Shown here piece after piece: positions 1 through 9,177 of a stretch of DNA of 64,000 nucleotides. The notes beneath the pieces are model-generated. The model ran no database searches and was not told where the DNA came from. It saw nothing but the letters and a program-made list of their open reading frames with translations. Source of the stretch: Pseudomonadota bacterium. GTDB taxonomy: Bacteria; Myxococcota; JACRCW01; JAFGSX01. The position numbers were made by a program, and so were the translations under genes. Numbering within the stretch: the stretch's first letter is position 1; each line of letters starts with the position of its first letter. The DNA is taken from positions 32,001 to 96,000 of the forward strand of contig JBDRCO010000051.1 of assembly GCA_043821645.1 (NCBI GenBank), written 5' to 3'.

Positions 1-1487
1 TTGATCTGACCTGCCGTGTTGGGCTCGAGCCGCGCCTGGGGCCCCTTGCCACGCCAGATCCCTCGGGCGGTGGGCAGCGGATTCACCTCGTAGCAATTCG
101 GCGTGCCCTCGTTCTGGCGCACGCGCCACCACATGTCATTGCCGCTGCCATTCCCCTGGAACAGCTCCTGGGTAATCCCCGGAACCGGCTTGACGCGGAA
201 GCCAGGCCACCACAGCCGGCCACTCGTCACGCCCATGTCCAGCGCAGTGCCCAGCAGCAACAGGTAGGCTCCTCGACGCACGGGCCAGGCCAGCCAGCGC
301 CGGCGCACCCGCCGGGCCCAGTCTTCACATCGAAAATCGAGCCAGTTGATGAACACGCCGAACAGCAGCGCCAGGTGCAGAACCACGAGAATGCCGTAGC
401 GCGACGGCACGCGCAGCGACTTGTACACCGGGACCTGGTGGAGCAGGGAATAGGGCGCCAGCCAGCCGTGGTCGCCCAGCATGAGCAACGAGAACAGCAC
501 AACGGCCCAGACCCAGCGTCGCAGGGGCTCCTCGTCGCGACGGCCCCACAGCACCACGAAGGCCAGCAACGGCAGCGGGCCCACGTAATTGATGTACTCG
601 TGCCACACATACTCGTGGCCGGGCAGGTTGCGCTCCAGCGAGCGCGACAGGAAAGCCTTGAGGTACAGCGTGAGGTCGAGCTTGTCATCGAGAGGGATGA
701 GCCGAGGCTGTTCCCACAGGAACTGCAGCACGGGTCCCAGCTTGGCCGCGGAGACAGCCACGAAGACCAGGCCGGCAATCCCACCTATGGCCACTGGCCG
801 CCACCGCGCGACCGGCGCCGTCACCAGGTCGTAGACGCCCTCGAACACCAGCAGCAGCAGGAACAAGGCCGTGGGGTAGATGCCGCCTTCGAGCACGGTC
901 TCGGCCACGATCAAGCCGAGCAGAATGGCGTGACGCAGGTTGTCGCGCGCCGCACCGTAGGCGAGCAGGAGCCAGGGCAGGTACAGGAAGGGCAAGAACG
1001 CAGCGTGGCCGCCACCCGCGCGCATGGCGTGGAACCCGCACAGGGCGAACACCAGCGCCGAGGCCACCGCCGCCACAGTCGGTCGCCCCTCGCGCACCAC
1101 CAGCAGATGCATGCCGACGAGACCGAGCCAGAAATGAATCAGGATGAACAGCTTCTGCGCGATGGCCACGCCGAGGCCGAGAAAGAGCACGAAGTAGGGC
1201 GACAAGAACTGGGTCTGGGCATTGGCAAGGTGCGGCGTGCCACCACATCCCCAGGGGTTCCATAGCGGCAGCTCGTGGTACTGCAGCACGGTCGTGCGCG
1301 AGACCTCGTGCAGGTAGTGAAAGAAGCGCCAGTCCAGGTGGCCGCCGGCGTAGGTCGGGTGCACGTACAGAGGGCTGGTATAGACCAGGGCGACCAGGAA
1401 GTAGGCCACCCATGTCCGCAGCGACGGGCGGTCCCGCATCGCGCGCAGGCCGCGTCCAAGCAGGAGGGTACCGGGAGGCTGCCACAT
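1..1487 (-). CDS. YfhO-like / GT-C-type polytopic membrane protein (putative lipid-linked-sugar glycosyltransferase), runs off the left window edge
   Basis: Not in the ORF track because no stop lies in the window. Manual translation from ATG at 1487 gives MWQPPGTLLLGRGLRAMRDRPSLRTWVAYFLVALVYTSPL...LDWRFFHYLHEVSRTTVLQYHELPLWNPWGCGGTPHLANAQ. The PLWNP..GG.P..AN motif plus many hydrophobic helices is typical of YfhO/GT-C proteins. It lies directly downstream of a GT2 gene. Confidence 0.7.
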   Translation of the reverse strand, partial: MWQPPGTLLLGRGLRAMRDRPSLRTWVAYFLVALVYTSPLYVHPTYAGGHLDWRFFHYLHEVSRTTVLQYHELPLWNPWGCGGTPHLANAQTQFLSPYFVLFLGLGVAIAQKLFILIHFWLGLVGMHLLVVREGRPTVAAVASALVFALCGFHAMRAGGGHAAFLPFLYLPWLLLAYGAARDNLRHAILLGLIVAETVLEGGIYPTALFLLLLVFEGVYDLVTAPVARWRPVAIGGIAGLVFVAVSAAKLGPVLQFLWEQPRLIPLDDKLDLTLYLKAFLSRSLERNLPGHEYVWHEYINYVGPLPLLAFVVLWGRRDEEPLRRWVWAVVLFSLLMLGDHGWLAPYSLLHQVPVYKSLRVPSRYGILVVLHLALLFGVFINWLDFRCEDWARRVRRRWLAWPVRRGAYLLLLGTALDMGVTSGRLWWPGFRVKPVPGITQELFQGNGSGNDMWWRVRQNEGTPNCYEVNPLPTARGIWRGKGPQARLEPNTAGQI

Positions 1488-1499
1488 CGCCGGTGCCGC

Positions 1500-2261
1500 T
1501 CAGGCCCGGGGACCACTGCGGCGGGTCCGTCGCAGGCTGCGGCGCGCCCGTACCGTCAGCACCTCGAGCAGCATGCGCGCCGAGTCCAGCCCCAGCGACA
1601 CGCGCGATGCGTCCCGATGCTCCCAGTGCACGGGAACCTCGTCGACACGAAAGCAGCCCTCGGCCAGCAGCAAGATCTCGACATCGAAGGCGAAGCCATC
1701 CACGGTGGCGCTCGCGAACAGCTCCTGCGCGGCTTGAGCGGTGAACAGCTTGAAGCCGCACTGGGTGTCGCGAATGCGCGCCAGGCCCGCGGCCCGGATG
1801 ATCAGGTTGAAGGTGCGTCCCATCATTTCACGGTGCCAGGGCTGGCGCCGGCCCAGCATGGAGTCCGGCAGGGCCCGGGAGCCGATGGCAACGTCGGCAC
1901 CGGCATCGAGCCGTGCCGTGAGGACGTCCAGATCCTCGATGGGGGTGGAAAGGTCGGCGTCACTGAACAGTCGCCGCTCGCCAAGGGCGGCCAGCATGCC
2001 CATGCGCACGGCGTAGCCCTTGCCTCGGTTGGGCTTGTAGCTGAGGCACCGTATCCAGTCATGCTCGAGCGCATGGCGCGCTGCCACCGCGGCCGTGGCA
2101 TCCGTGCTGCCATCGTCGACCACGATGCACTCGACAGCATTCTCGAGAGAGCGCTGATGCACGAACTCGATGATGCGAAGCAGGCTGGGGCCCAGCCGCT
2201 CGGCCTCGTTGAAGGCCGGCACGATGATGGAGAGCGTGGGCAACTGCGAGCGGGGCATCAT
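1500..2261 (-). CDS. Glycosyltransferase family 2 (polyprenol/dolichol-phosphate hexosyltransferase-like)
   Basis: Motifs SIIVPAFNE, VVDDGSTD, NRGKGYAV, FSDADLS, DTQCGFKLF and FAFDVEIL. Confidence 0.9.
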   Translation of the reverse strand: MMPRSQLPTLSIIVPAFNEAERLGPSLLRIIEFVHQRSLENAVECIVVDDGSTDATAAVAARHALEHDWIRCLSYKPNRGKGYAVRMGMLAALGERRLFSDADLSTPIEDLDVLTARLDAGADVAIGSRALPDSMLGRRQPWHREMMGRTFNLIIRAAGLARIRDTQCGFKLFTAQAAQELFASATVDGFAFDVEILLLAEGCFRVDEVPVHWEHRDASRVSLGLDSARMLLEVLTVRARRSLRRTRRSGPRA

Positions 2262-2291
2262 CCCGGTCCCTGGCGTCGGAAAACAGAGCGC

Positions 2292-2321
2292 ATCTTAGGG
2301 ATCGCTCGCCGCGCAAGTCAA
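2292..2321 (-). promoter_or_regulatory. Putative sigma70-type promoter for the GT2/GT-C operon
   Basis: Minus strand TTGACT-N18-TAAGAT, about 30 bp upstream of the GT2 start. Confidence 0.4.
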
Positions 2322-2377
2322 CGAGCTTTGTGGCTTTTTCCGTCGCTGAGCAAGGCGGACTGGCGAGTTCCACAGGC

Positions 2378-3895
2378 TCACTCGAGGTAGCTCAAGTCCT
2401 GCACCTGGAGCAGGTGCTCGTACACGCCCTCGCGGATCTCCTCGGGATCGAAGCTGCGCTGCTTTTTACCAGTGCGCTGTTTCTTGAAGGCCTCGAGGTC
2501 CCGGTAGCCGCGCATCTGCCGCTTGAAGGCGTCGAGCCTGGCCTCCGACATCGCCAGCGCGGCTTTCCACAGACTGGACTGCACGGGGTCCGAGGGCGCA
2601 GGCACCGCCTGCATCGCCTTCCACTGAAGCTGCACCTGCTCGTGAGCCGCCTGCAACTCGGGCGTCGGCAACCAGCCCGGGTCCCTCCACAGGGGCGCCT
2701 GCTGGGCAAAACGCAGCAGGGCCGCCTCGAGGTCGATGAGGGCACGCCGGTGGCGACTGTCGTCACCTGGTGCGGCGCTGAGCGCGCGCAGGGCCTGGGC
2801 GTCGAGCGTGCTGATGAGGCCTTCCGTGGCTTTGTGCAAGGCGACGAATCCCTGCACCAGGCGCGGGTGCAGGGCCTTGCCTCGAGCGCAGCCGTCGTCG
2901 AGGTAATCCTCGCCCGAGTAATAGGCACTGGCTTCCTTGAGCACGGGCCACAGATCGTCGACGACCTGCGCCAGCGCTCGCACCGCCCCGTGCACGTCGG
3001 TGTCCTCGCGGGTCGCCGCCACCGCCTCGGCACAGGACTCGCGAGCGTCGTCGTAGGGTGCATAGAGCCCGTAGCTGACATAGCGCTCCTGACAGCTGGG
3101 ACCTGCCTCCATGTCGACCCAGGCGGCGTAGCGATCCTGGCTTTGCAGGGCGCGCGGCACGGCGCGCTGCAAGCAGGCAATGGCCACGCCTGTCCCCCCC
3201 AGCGGCAGCACCTCGCGCTTCGCGGGCGGCGTGGCCACGGGCAGCACGGGCACGCTGGGCGTCGGGCTGATGGGGATGGGCGTGGGTGTTGCCGAGCCTG
3301 GGGTCTCCAGCGCTGTGCGCGAGGGCAAGCGAAAACCCTCGGGCACGCGCGCATCGAGCACCAGGACGCGGACCTTCGCAGCCGCACCGTTGTTCGACGA
3401 GGGGATGCGCGACACCAGACGCTGCACGGTGGGTGGCACCTGCTCGACCAGGCCTTCGAGACTCGCAGCACGCACCAGCTCACGGCCAGCCGCGCGCCCC
3501 GCCTGGGCGTCGTACAGGGTCAGCCCGAGCACCAGCGAGCGCTCCAGGGCTCCGATCTGGCTGATGACGATGAAGCGCGCCCCCAGGGCTCCCGCGATCT
3601 CGGCCAGGCACGCGCTGTCCGCCTCGTCACAACCGACCATCTGCTTCTCCGCCTCGAGGGCAATGACGGCACGCAGATCCGCACTCGATAGCACGTCGAG
3701 CCCGCCGTGGTTGGCGAAGGCCACGGTGGTGACGGTGGTCAGGGTTTCACCCAAGGCCCTCGCCGAGGCCTCGCGCTCTCGCACCGCAGCCTGGCCAGCC
3801 GGTGCCGCAGCCAGGAGATGTGGAGTGACGACGAACAGCCAGCCCATGGCGAGGGCTTGTAGTAGATGGCGAGGGCAGCAGACAGCAGGGTACAT
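2378..3895 (-). CDS. Secreted protein: N-terminal CsgG/TolB-N-like domain plus C-terminal YiiG/DUF3829-like helical domain
   Basis: Start chosen at MYPAVCC (3895, GGAGG upstream), followed by a signal-like stretch. Segment GCDEADSACLAEIAGALGARFIVISQIG, a Pro-rich linker, then YYSGEDYLDDGCARGKALH resembling DUF3829. Confidence 0.6.
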   Translation of the reverse strand: MYPAVCCPRHLLQALAMGWLFVVTPHLLAAAPAGQAAVREREASARALGETLTTVTTVAFANHGGLDVLSSADLRAVIALEAEKQMVGCDEADSACLAEIAGALGARFIVISQIGALERSLVLGLTLYDAQAGRAAGRELVRAASLEGLVEQVPPTVQRLVSRIPSSNNGAAAKVRVLVLDARVPEGFRLPSRTALETPGSATPTPIPISPTPSVPVLPVATPPAKREVLPLGGTGVAIACLQRAVPRALQSQDRYAAWVDMEAGPSCQERYVSYGLYAPYDDARESCAEAVAATREDTDVHGAVRALAQVVDDLWPVLKEASAYYSGEDYLDDGCARGKALHPRLVQGFVALHKATEGLISTLDAQALRALSAAPGDDSRHRRALIDLEAALLRFAQQAPLWRDPGWLPTPELQAAHEQVQLQWKAMQAVPAPSDPVQSSLWKAALAMSEARLDAFKRQMRGYRDLEAFKKQRTGKKQRSFDPEEIREGVYEHLLQVQDLSYLE

Positions 3896-4026
3896 GGCAA
3901 TCCTCCTGCGCGGAGGTCGTATTGTACCGGAGGTGGCAGGGAATCGGGTTGATTCGTCCGGTTGTGGGGGCCGACGACCGTTCGACGTGAAGACAGCTAG
4001 GAACAACACGGACTGCGGGGTGGGAT

Positions 4027-4230
4027 TCAGTGCGCCGTGCGGCCGGCCTTGGAATGCTGCACGGCATCGTCGGCTGGACTTTGCAGGCGTGCGGCGGGGG
4101 CGGTCTGCTGGCTCTCGAGCTGGCACATGGGGCCACAGTGGCCCTTGCCCGGGTGCTTCCCCGAACGCAGGCCAAGCAGGGCACTCGCCACCACGGCGGC
4201 GACGAGAACAGTGAGGGTGACGATCCACAT
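4027..4230 (-). CDS. Small single-TM Cys-containing hypothetical protein
   Basis: MWIVTLTVLVAAVVASALLGLRSGKHPGKGHCGPMCQ: a hydrophobic N-terminus followed by a CxxxC tail. It fills an otherwise empty gap. Confidence 0.4.
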   Translation of the reverse strand: MWIVTLTVLVAAVVASALLGLRSGKHPGKGHCGPMCQLESQQTAPAARLQSPADDAVQHSKAGRTAH

Positions 4231-4421
4231 GCGTGCGCGTTCCTGTGCGTTCTCGTTGTGAGAGCCTGTCTGGGCCTCAAAGGTTCGGGGCCTGCTCATG
4301 CGTTCTTCTTAGCAGGTCCGCCACGCAGTGACTGGCCAGTACATCGCCATATGCGATATCCATGAGGACGACAGGCGGCGGCAGCCCCGTGACAACCGTC
4401 GCCGATTCGGTGGAGGCTGCG

Positions 4422-5483
4422 ATGTCCCGGCACTTCCGAGTGCAGGTGCGATTGCTTGGCACAGAGCCAGCGGTGTGGCGTGAGCTCGAACTCCCGGCGC
4501 ACCTGACCTTGCTCGGCGTCCACGAAGTGATCTTCACCGCCATGGGCTGGCGTTCCGCAACGGACTTTGCCTTCGAGATTGGCATGCGGCGACAGGCCAC
4601 GGTCAATCCCGACAACCTGTGGCAGGTGGGTGAGCGCCTCGACGCTACCCTCGCCGATCTGCTCAGCCGCAGTGGGCAACCGCTGCATTACATTCACGAC
4701 CTCGAGGTGCTGTGGGACCACGAGATCGAGCTGGTCGAGGTGGTGGAGCGCGAGGGCGACAGCCCCTGCTGCGTGAACGGCCAGGGCGCCTGCCCACCCG
4801 ATGACGCAGGAGGTCCCGCCACCTACAGGCACCTGCTCGAGGCCCTGGCCCACCCCAGCCACCGCGAGCACCACAAGGCACAGGCCGTGCTGGGTGCCGA
4901 CTTCAATCCCCAGGGCTTCGACCTGGAACATACCAGCCAGGCTCTCGCTGCGGCTGCACACGAGGACTGGCTGGAGCACGACGCCCCCTTCGCCGACGAT
5001 CTCGACGACATCGAGCCCGCCCTGGCGAAGGCCTATGACGCGGACCGTGGTCCCGACGTCGGCTTGTGGCTCGCCCTGAACCAGGCCGACATGATCGCGG
5101 CGGTGGAGTACTTCCACCTGCGCCAGCACCTGCGACGACGCAGCGAGGCCCTGCGCTCGCATGCCGTGCTGCACATGGCGATCGAGACCCAGGTCGCAGA
5201 GGGCCAACCCCCGGAGGCCCAGCAGGCGCTGCGACGGTTGCAGAAGCAAGGCGTGGACCGTCACGAAGCCATCCATGCGCTGGGCTCCGTGCTGTCTTCA
5301 CACCTGGGCAAGGCGCTGCAAACCGATCGCTTCGACGACGAGGCGTATGCCGGCGCCCTGGCTGTGATGGATGCCACCACCTGGCGCCGGGAGATGGGCC
5401 TTGGCCTGATTCCGGCGGTGATGAAGCGAGGCATCCGTCGGCACGGCAAGGCCCGTCGACGCACCGGGGAACCTATCACGTGA
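4422..5483 (+). CDS. pRiA4b ORF-3-like domain fused to a DUF1841-like domain
   Basis: N-terminal VRLLGTEPAVWRELELP..LTL..VHEVI..AMGW, YIHDL..WDHEI and GACPPDDAGG (pRiA4b ORF-3 pattern). C-terminal HAVLHMAIETQV...DRHEAIHAL (DUF1841 pattern). Confidence 0.7.
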   Translation: MSRHFRVQVRLLGTEPAVWRELELPAHLTLLGVHEVIFTAMGWRSATDFAFEIGMRRQATVNPDNLWQVGERLDATLADLLSRSGQPLHYIHDLEVLWDHEIELVEVVEREGDSPCCVNGQGACPPDDAGGPATYRHLLEALAHPSHREHHKAQAVLGADFNPQGFDLEHTSQALAAAAHEDWLEHDAPFADDLDDIEPALAKAYDADRGPDVGLWLALNQADMIAAVEYFHLRQHLRRRSEALRSHAVLHMAIETQVAEGQPPEAQQALRRLQKQGVDRHEAIHALGSVLSSHLGKALQTDRFDDEAYAGALAVMDATTWRREMGLGLIPAVMKRGIRRHGKARRRTGEPIT

Positions 5484-6517
5484 CGGCCTCCGCCCCACGA
5501 TCACCATCGGCGCACCGCAGGCGTCTGCGGATGCTGCGTCCCGTGCCGGGCTTCTTGTTGTGCTGCGCCACCGCGTGCAACGGAGCGTGCAGCGATCTGG
5601 TCGAGCGCCTGGGTGGCGCCTTCGACGACGTGGAACTCGAGGCGGGATCGGACACCACGCCGCAGGTAACCCCCGCCGTGGAGGCCCGTCCTCGTCCACC
5701 CATGGAGGTACGGGCCGCACCCGCTGTGCAGCACGCCCTGCTGCGCTGCCGGCTCACAGTCTCCTCGGCGCTCCGCGTGGCCATGGATCGCTACCGGACC
5801 TCGGTGGACCGCAGCAAGCTCGGCGACGGCAAGCAGATCTCGGTTCCCCCCGAGCTGGCGGTGGAGATCGAAACCTGCCGCCGTGCTACCGAGGACGCTC
5901 GCGAGCAGCCGGCATCGCTCGAGCTGCGAGTGTCCCAGGACGGCTACTTGGCTGCGCTGGCCGCGTTCGAGCCGGCACTGCGTGCGGTCTCGACCTACTA
6001 CCGTGGCCTCCAGTACATGGACGACGGCATGCAACACGCCGCGGACCTGCACGCCGTGTTCGATCGCACCTGGCAGGATCTGGAGCGCAGCGACCGCAAC
6101 CTGGCAGCTCTGCTGTGGCAAGCGGTGACGGCGGACCTCGCCGAACGCCGCGACCGCCTGCGCGGGCAAGACGCTCAGCGCGTGCACTGGATCTCGGCCC
6201 AGTTGCTGCTCTCAGCGGTGGAACTGCTGCGCAACCTGCAACAGCCCGCCCGCGGAGATCCCAAGAAGCGCCTGGCACAGTTTGCGGGCTGGCGTGCTGG
6301 CCTGGATGCGTACATCAAGGCCAACCCCGTGGACCTCCCTGCCAGCCTGCCCGATCCCGACGCTGCACGACGCCTGCAGCTGGCCGCCGCGCGCGTCGAG
6401 GAAGGTGGACAGCACGCCATCGGTGACGGTGAGATCCGCAATGGGCGGGGAACGTCCTTGGATGCCGTGGAAGCAGCCGTGCTCGAGATGGCCCTGGCCG
6501 ACACCGAGCTACGCTGA
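5480..6517 (+). CDS. DUF3829/YiiG-like exported or lipoprotein
   Basis: GTG start overlaps the upstream TGA (GTGA); an alternative ATG is at 5531. Cys-containing signal-like region. YYRGLQYMDDGMQHAADLH matches the motif in the 2378..3895 protein. Confidence 0.6.
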   Translation: MTASAPRSPSAHRRRLRMLRPVPGFLLCCATACNGACSDLVERLGGAFDDVELEAGSDTTPQVTPAVEARPRPPMEVRAAPAVQHALLRCRLTVSSALRVAMDRYRTSVDRSKLGDGKQISVPPELAVEIETCRRATEDAREQPASLELRVSQDGYLAALAAFEPALRAVSTYYRGLQYMDDGMQHAADLHAVFDRTWQDLERSDRNLAALLWQAVTADLAERRDRLRGQDAQRVHWISAQLLLSAVELLRNLQQPARGDPKKRLAQFAGWRAGLDAYIKANPVDLPASLPDPDAARRLQLAAARVEEGGQHAIGDGEIRNGRGTSLDAVEAAVLEMALADTELR

Positions 6518-6558
6518 GGGATTTCTCGTCCGCGGTGCGCCAGCCCGGCGAGGCCAGC

Positions 6559-7311
6559 TCAAGCCTTGAGACCGCCCCCTCGCTGCGCGAGGATCTGCTC
6601 CACCTGGCGCAGACCTTCGAGGTCGTTGACACCCAGAAGCTCCTCGCGATCCTTCGACGCCACCGTGACCACATCGTGGCCCGCCTGGCGCAGGTGGGCG
6701 AGGACATCGGTCAGATAGTACTCCCCCTGGGCATTGTCGGGGCGCAGGCGCGCCAGGGCCTCGCGCAGGGGGCCTAGAGCGAAGCAGTAGACGGCGATGT
6801 TGACCTCGGTGAGGAGCTTCTGCGCGGGGCTGCAGTCGCGATCCTCGACGATGCCTTCGAAGTGGCCCGCGGCATCGCGCACGATGCGCCCGTAGGCCGG
6901 TGGCGGGTCCATGATCGCTGTGAGGACCGATGCCGCCGCGCCCCTCTGGCGTCGGCCGTCGCGGATGCTCGCCAGCGTCGCCCCGGTCAACAGGGGCATG
7001 TCGCCGTAGCTCACCAGCACGTCCCCGGTGCGATCCGCGAGCGCGGGCAAGGCCACCTGCATGGCATGACCGGTGCCAAGCTGCGGTTGCTGCACCACGG
7101 ATTGTACATCCGGTCCGAGCACACCGCGCACCTGCTCGGCGCCATGCCCCACCACGACCACGATGCGTTCGGGCTGCACCGCCCGCGCCGCATCCAGTGC
7201 CCAGGCAATCATGGGCCGGGCCTGCACGGTGTGCAGGACCTTGGGCAGCTCCGACTTCATGCGCGTGCCCTTGCCGGCGGCCAGGATCACCACGCAGGTC
7301 GACTCGGACAT
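6559..7311 (-). CDS. Sugar-1-phosphate nucleotidyltransferase (GlmU N-terminal uridyltransferase domain only)
   Basis: VILAAGKGTRMKSELPKVLH, QLGTGHA, YGDMPLL, YGRIVRD, NAQGEYYLTD and GVND. It ends at 250 aa with no hexapeptide acetyltransferase domain. Confidence 0.85.
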   Translation of the reverse strand: MSESTCVVILAAGKGTRMKSELPKVLHTVQARPMIAWALDAARAVQPERIVVVVGHGAEQVRGVLGPDVQSVVQQPQLGTGHAMQVALPALADRTGDVLVSYGDMPLLTGATLASIRDGRRQRGAAASVLTAIMDPPPAYGRIVRDAAGHFEGIVEDRDCSPAQKLLTEVNIAVYCFALGPLREALARLRPDNAQGEYYLTDVLAHLRQAGHDVVTVASKDREELLGVNDLEGLRQVEQILAQRGGGLKA

Positions 7312-7337
7312 GGCGAGGTCCTCTTCCGGTCGCAGCC

Positions 7338-8117
7338 TTAGCGGGCGCAGGCCAGACCGTGCACGGGATCGGGTGGCCCCTCACAGGGGCGCCAGGCACC
7401 TTCGCGAAACAGACTCAGGCGCGGCGTGCCGTCGTCATGACGGTGCACCCTGTACACCCAGGAGTTCTCCTGCGGGTTGTGCACCATGGCCTCGAGCGGC
7501 CAGCCCATGAGCTCGGCCAGCAGGATGCGGTTGGTACCGCCGTGACCCACGACGAGCACGGTGCGCCGCGACAGGTCTGCGCGGTGACGGGAGAGGAAGC
7601 GCTGGATGCGCGGCACAGCATCCAGGTAGCTCTCGCCTCCGGGCGGCCGATACCGCGCCTTGTCGGCCTTCCTGGCAGCGTGCTGGGCACGGGCGAACTC
7701 GAGCACGCGCGGGTCCGGTGGGCTGGTCTGAGCGTCGCGGCAGGCCGCAGCGGCCGGATCGGCCTCCTTGTCGTCGAGAAGGCTGTAGCACAGGCCAACC
7801 AGCAGTCCGCCGTCCAGCTCGTCGAGATCCGCATCCGGCACGGCCTTGAGCTTACGCTGCTCGGCAATGGGTTCGGCGGTGCGCATCGTGCGCTGGCGCG
7901 TGCTGGTGAACACGCGCTCCACGGGCACGTCGCGAAGGAGCAGAAACAGCGCCACCCTGTCCTCGTAGCCTCGGGGGTCCAGGTCTGGATCCCCCTGCCA
8001 GCGGCCGATCCGGTTCCACTCGGTCTGACCGTGGCGCGCGATGTACAGGTCCTGCACATCGTTGCGCGGTGGCGTCGACAGAAACAAGGCCAAGGCGAAC
8101 ACAGGTGTAAGGTTCAT
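7338..8117 (-). CDS. Histidine phosphatase (phosphoglycerate mutase superfamily), possibly exported
   Basis: LYIARHGQTEWN (RHG motif), PGGESY and VVGHGG, with a hydrophobic N-terminus. Confidence 0.85.
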   Translation of the reverse strand: MNLTPVFALALFLSTPPRNDVQDLYIARHGQTEWNRIGRWQGDPDLDPRGYEDRVALFLLLRDVPVERVFTSTRQRTMRTAEPIAEQRKLKAVPDADLDELDGGLLVGLCYSLLDDKEADPAAAACRDAQTSPPDPRVLEFARAQHAARKADKARYRPPGGESYLDAVPRIQRFLSRHRADLSRRTVLVVGHGGTNRILLAELMGWPLEAMVHNPQENSWVYRVHRHDDGTPRLSLFREGAWRPCEGPPDPVHGLACAR

Positions 8118-8124
8118 GACCGGC

Positions 8125-8676
8125 TCAGGGCGTGCTGTCCGCGCCCGCGGGCACGGTGGAGGGCTGGGGACGGCAGGCCTGCTTGAACTCCACCAGCCGC
8201 TGCATCAGGTCATCGGGATAGGGCTCCAGGGTCTTGGCTCCATCGACCACCAGGGATTGTTGCAGGTCACCCTGGCGCAGCGTCAGGGTCACGACGCCCA
8301 GGTCATGCACGAGGGCATGCCGCCGTGCATCCACAGGTGGGGAGGCCAGGATGGCCGCAAGGTGCGTGCGCAGAGTCTCCACCTGCTCGGGCTGCAGCAT
8401 CACCTGGACCTCCTGCAGGGTGCCCCGCGCCGGAAGACGGCGACAGGTCATCAACCCCGCCTCGAGGTCGACGGCCACCTGTTCCAGCCGCAGTGGGCCA
8501 TATGCTCCGCGATGGTCGTACACGATCTGCTCGCTGGGCAGACCGGTGGGACCAGGTTCAAGGCCGAGCTCGACCGCGGGAAGGCTGGCCGGAGCGGGCG
8601 TGGTGACAGGCGCGGGGTCCGGGGTGCGACAGGCCATCAGGGCTGTCACCAAGAAGAGGCTGTTCAGGGTTCGCAT
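8125..8676 (-). CDS. Hypothetical lipoprotein
   Basis: MRTLNSLFLVTALMAC lipobox followed by a Pro-rich linker. The ORF-track extension to 9144 overlaps another gene. Confidence 0.6.
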   Translation of the reverse strand: MRTLNSLFLVTALMACRTPDPAPVTTPAPASLPAVELGLEPGPTGLPSEQIVYDHRGAYGPLRLEQVAVDLEAGLMTCRRLPARGTLQEVQVMLQPEQVETLRTHLAAILASPPVDARRHALVHDLGVVTLTLRQGDLQQSLVVDGAKTLEPYPDDLMQRLVEFKQACRPQPSTVPAGADSTP

Positions 8677-8683
8677 GCGCGAG

Positions 8684-8712
8684 ACTGTAGAAAGCAGCGT
8701 GCCCGGGGTCAA
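8684..8712 (-). promoter_or_regulatory. Putative sigma70-type promoter (possibly leaderless transcript)
   Basis: Minus strand TTGACC-N17-TACAGT, ending 7 nt before the ATG at 8676. Confidence 0.4.
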
Positions 8713-8895
8713 TGCAGGCCTGTGCTGGCGACGGGACGCCCTCTGCCTTTTTTTATTGGTCGTTTTTTTGACCGGTGGAGCCGCTGGTCTTAGGGTGGAT
8801 CCATGTGGCGCCAGATGGCGCACGCTGACGACGGACGGAGCCCACCGGTTCCATCCGCCACTCGCCCGGACCGCGCGCCACACCGGAGGCCCGAC

Positions 8896-9138
8896 ATGAC
8901 GACCCGAACGCGCACCAGCAAGCTCGCCGCCCTGATCGTCTGTGGACTGTGCCTGGGACTCACCGCAGGTCTGCTGGGCATAGGACTCACACCCAAGGCT
9001 CAGGCCACCACGACGGGCCATTACACCGATCCCCGCATCGGCAACTACGAGGCCGCCCAGCGCGAGCTCGACGAGCACCTGCAACAGCGCATCCAGCTGC
9101 ACCTGGCGCGGGTAGCCCTGGCTTCGCGCAGCAACTGA
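8896..9138 (+). CDS. Small exported or membrane hypothetical protein
   Basis: GGAGG RBS at about 8885, then MTTRTRTSKLAALIVCGLCLGLTAGLLGIG with a signal or TM segment. Confidence 0.55.
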   Translation: MTTRTRTSKLAALIVCGLCLGLTAGLLGIGLTPKAQATTTGHYTDPRIGNYEAAQRELDEHLQQRIQLHLARVALASRSN

Positions 9139-9177
9139 GGGCACCGCCTCGCTCTGCGCTCCCAGGCCGCGGGCGCG

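Noticed and set aside
4422-5483. pRiA4b ORF-3 domain as evidence of a plasmid or mobile element
   Set aside because: The family is common on chromosomes, and no transposase, integrase, att site or compositional shift is visible.
8746-8773. T-rich tract as an intrinsic terminator
   Set aside because: It lies between divergent genes with only a weak preceding stem, and is more likely a promoter UP element.
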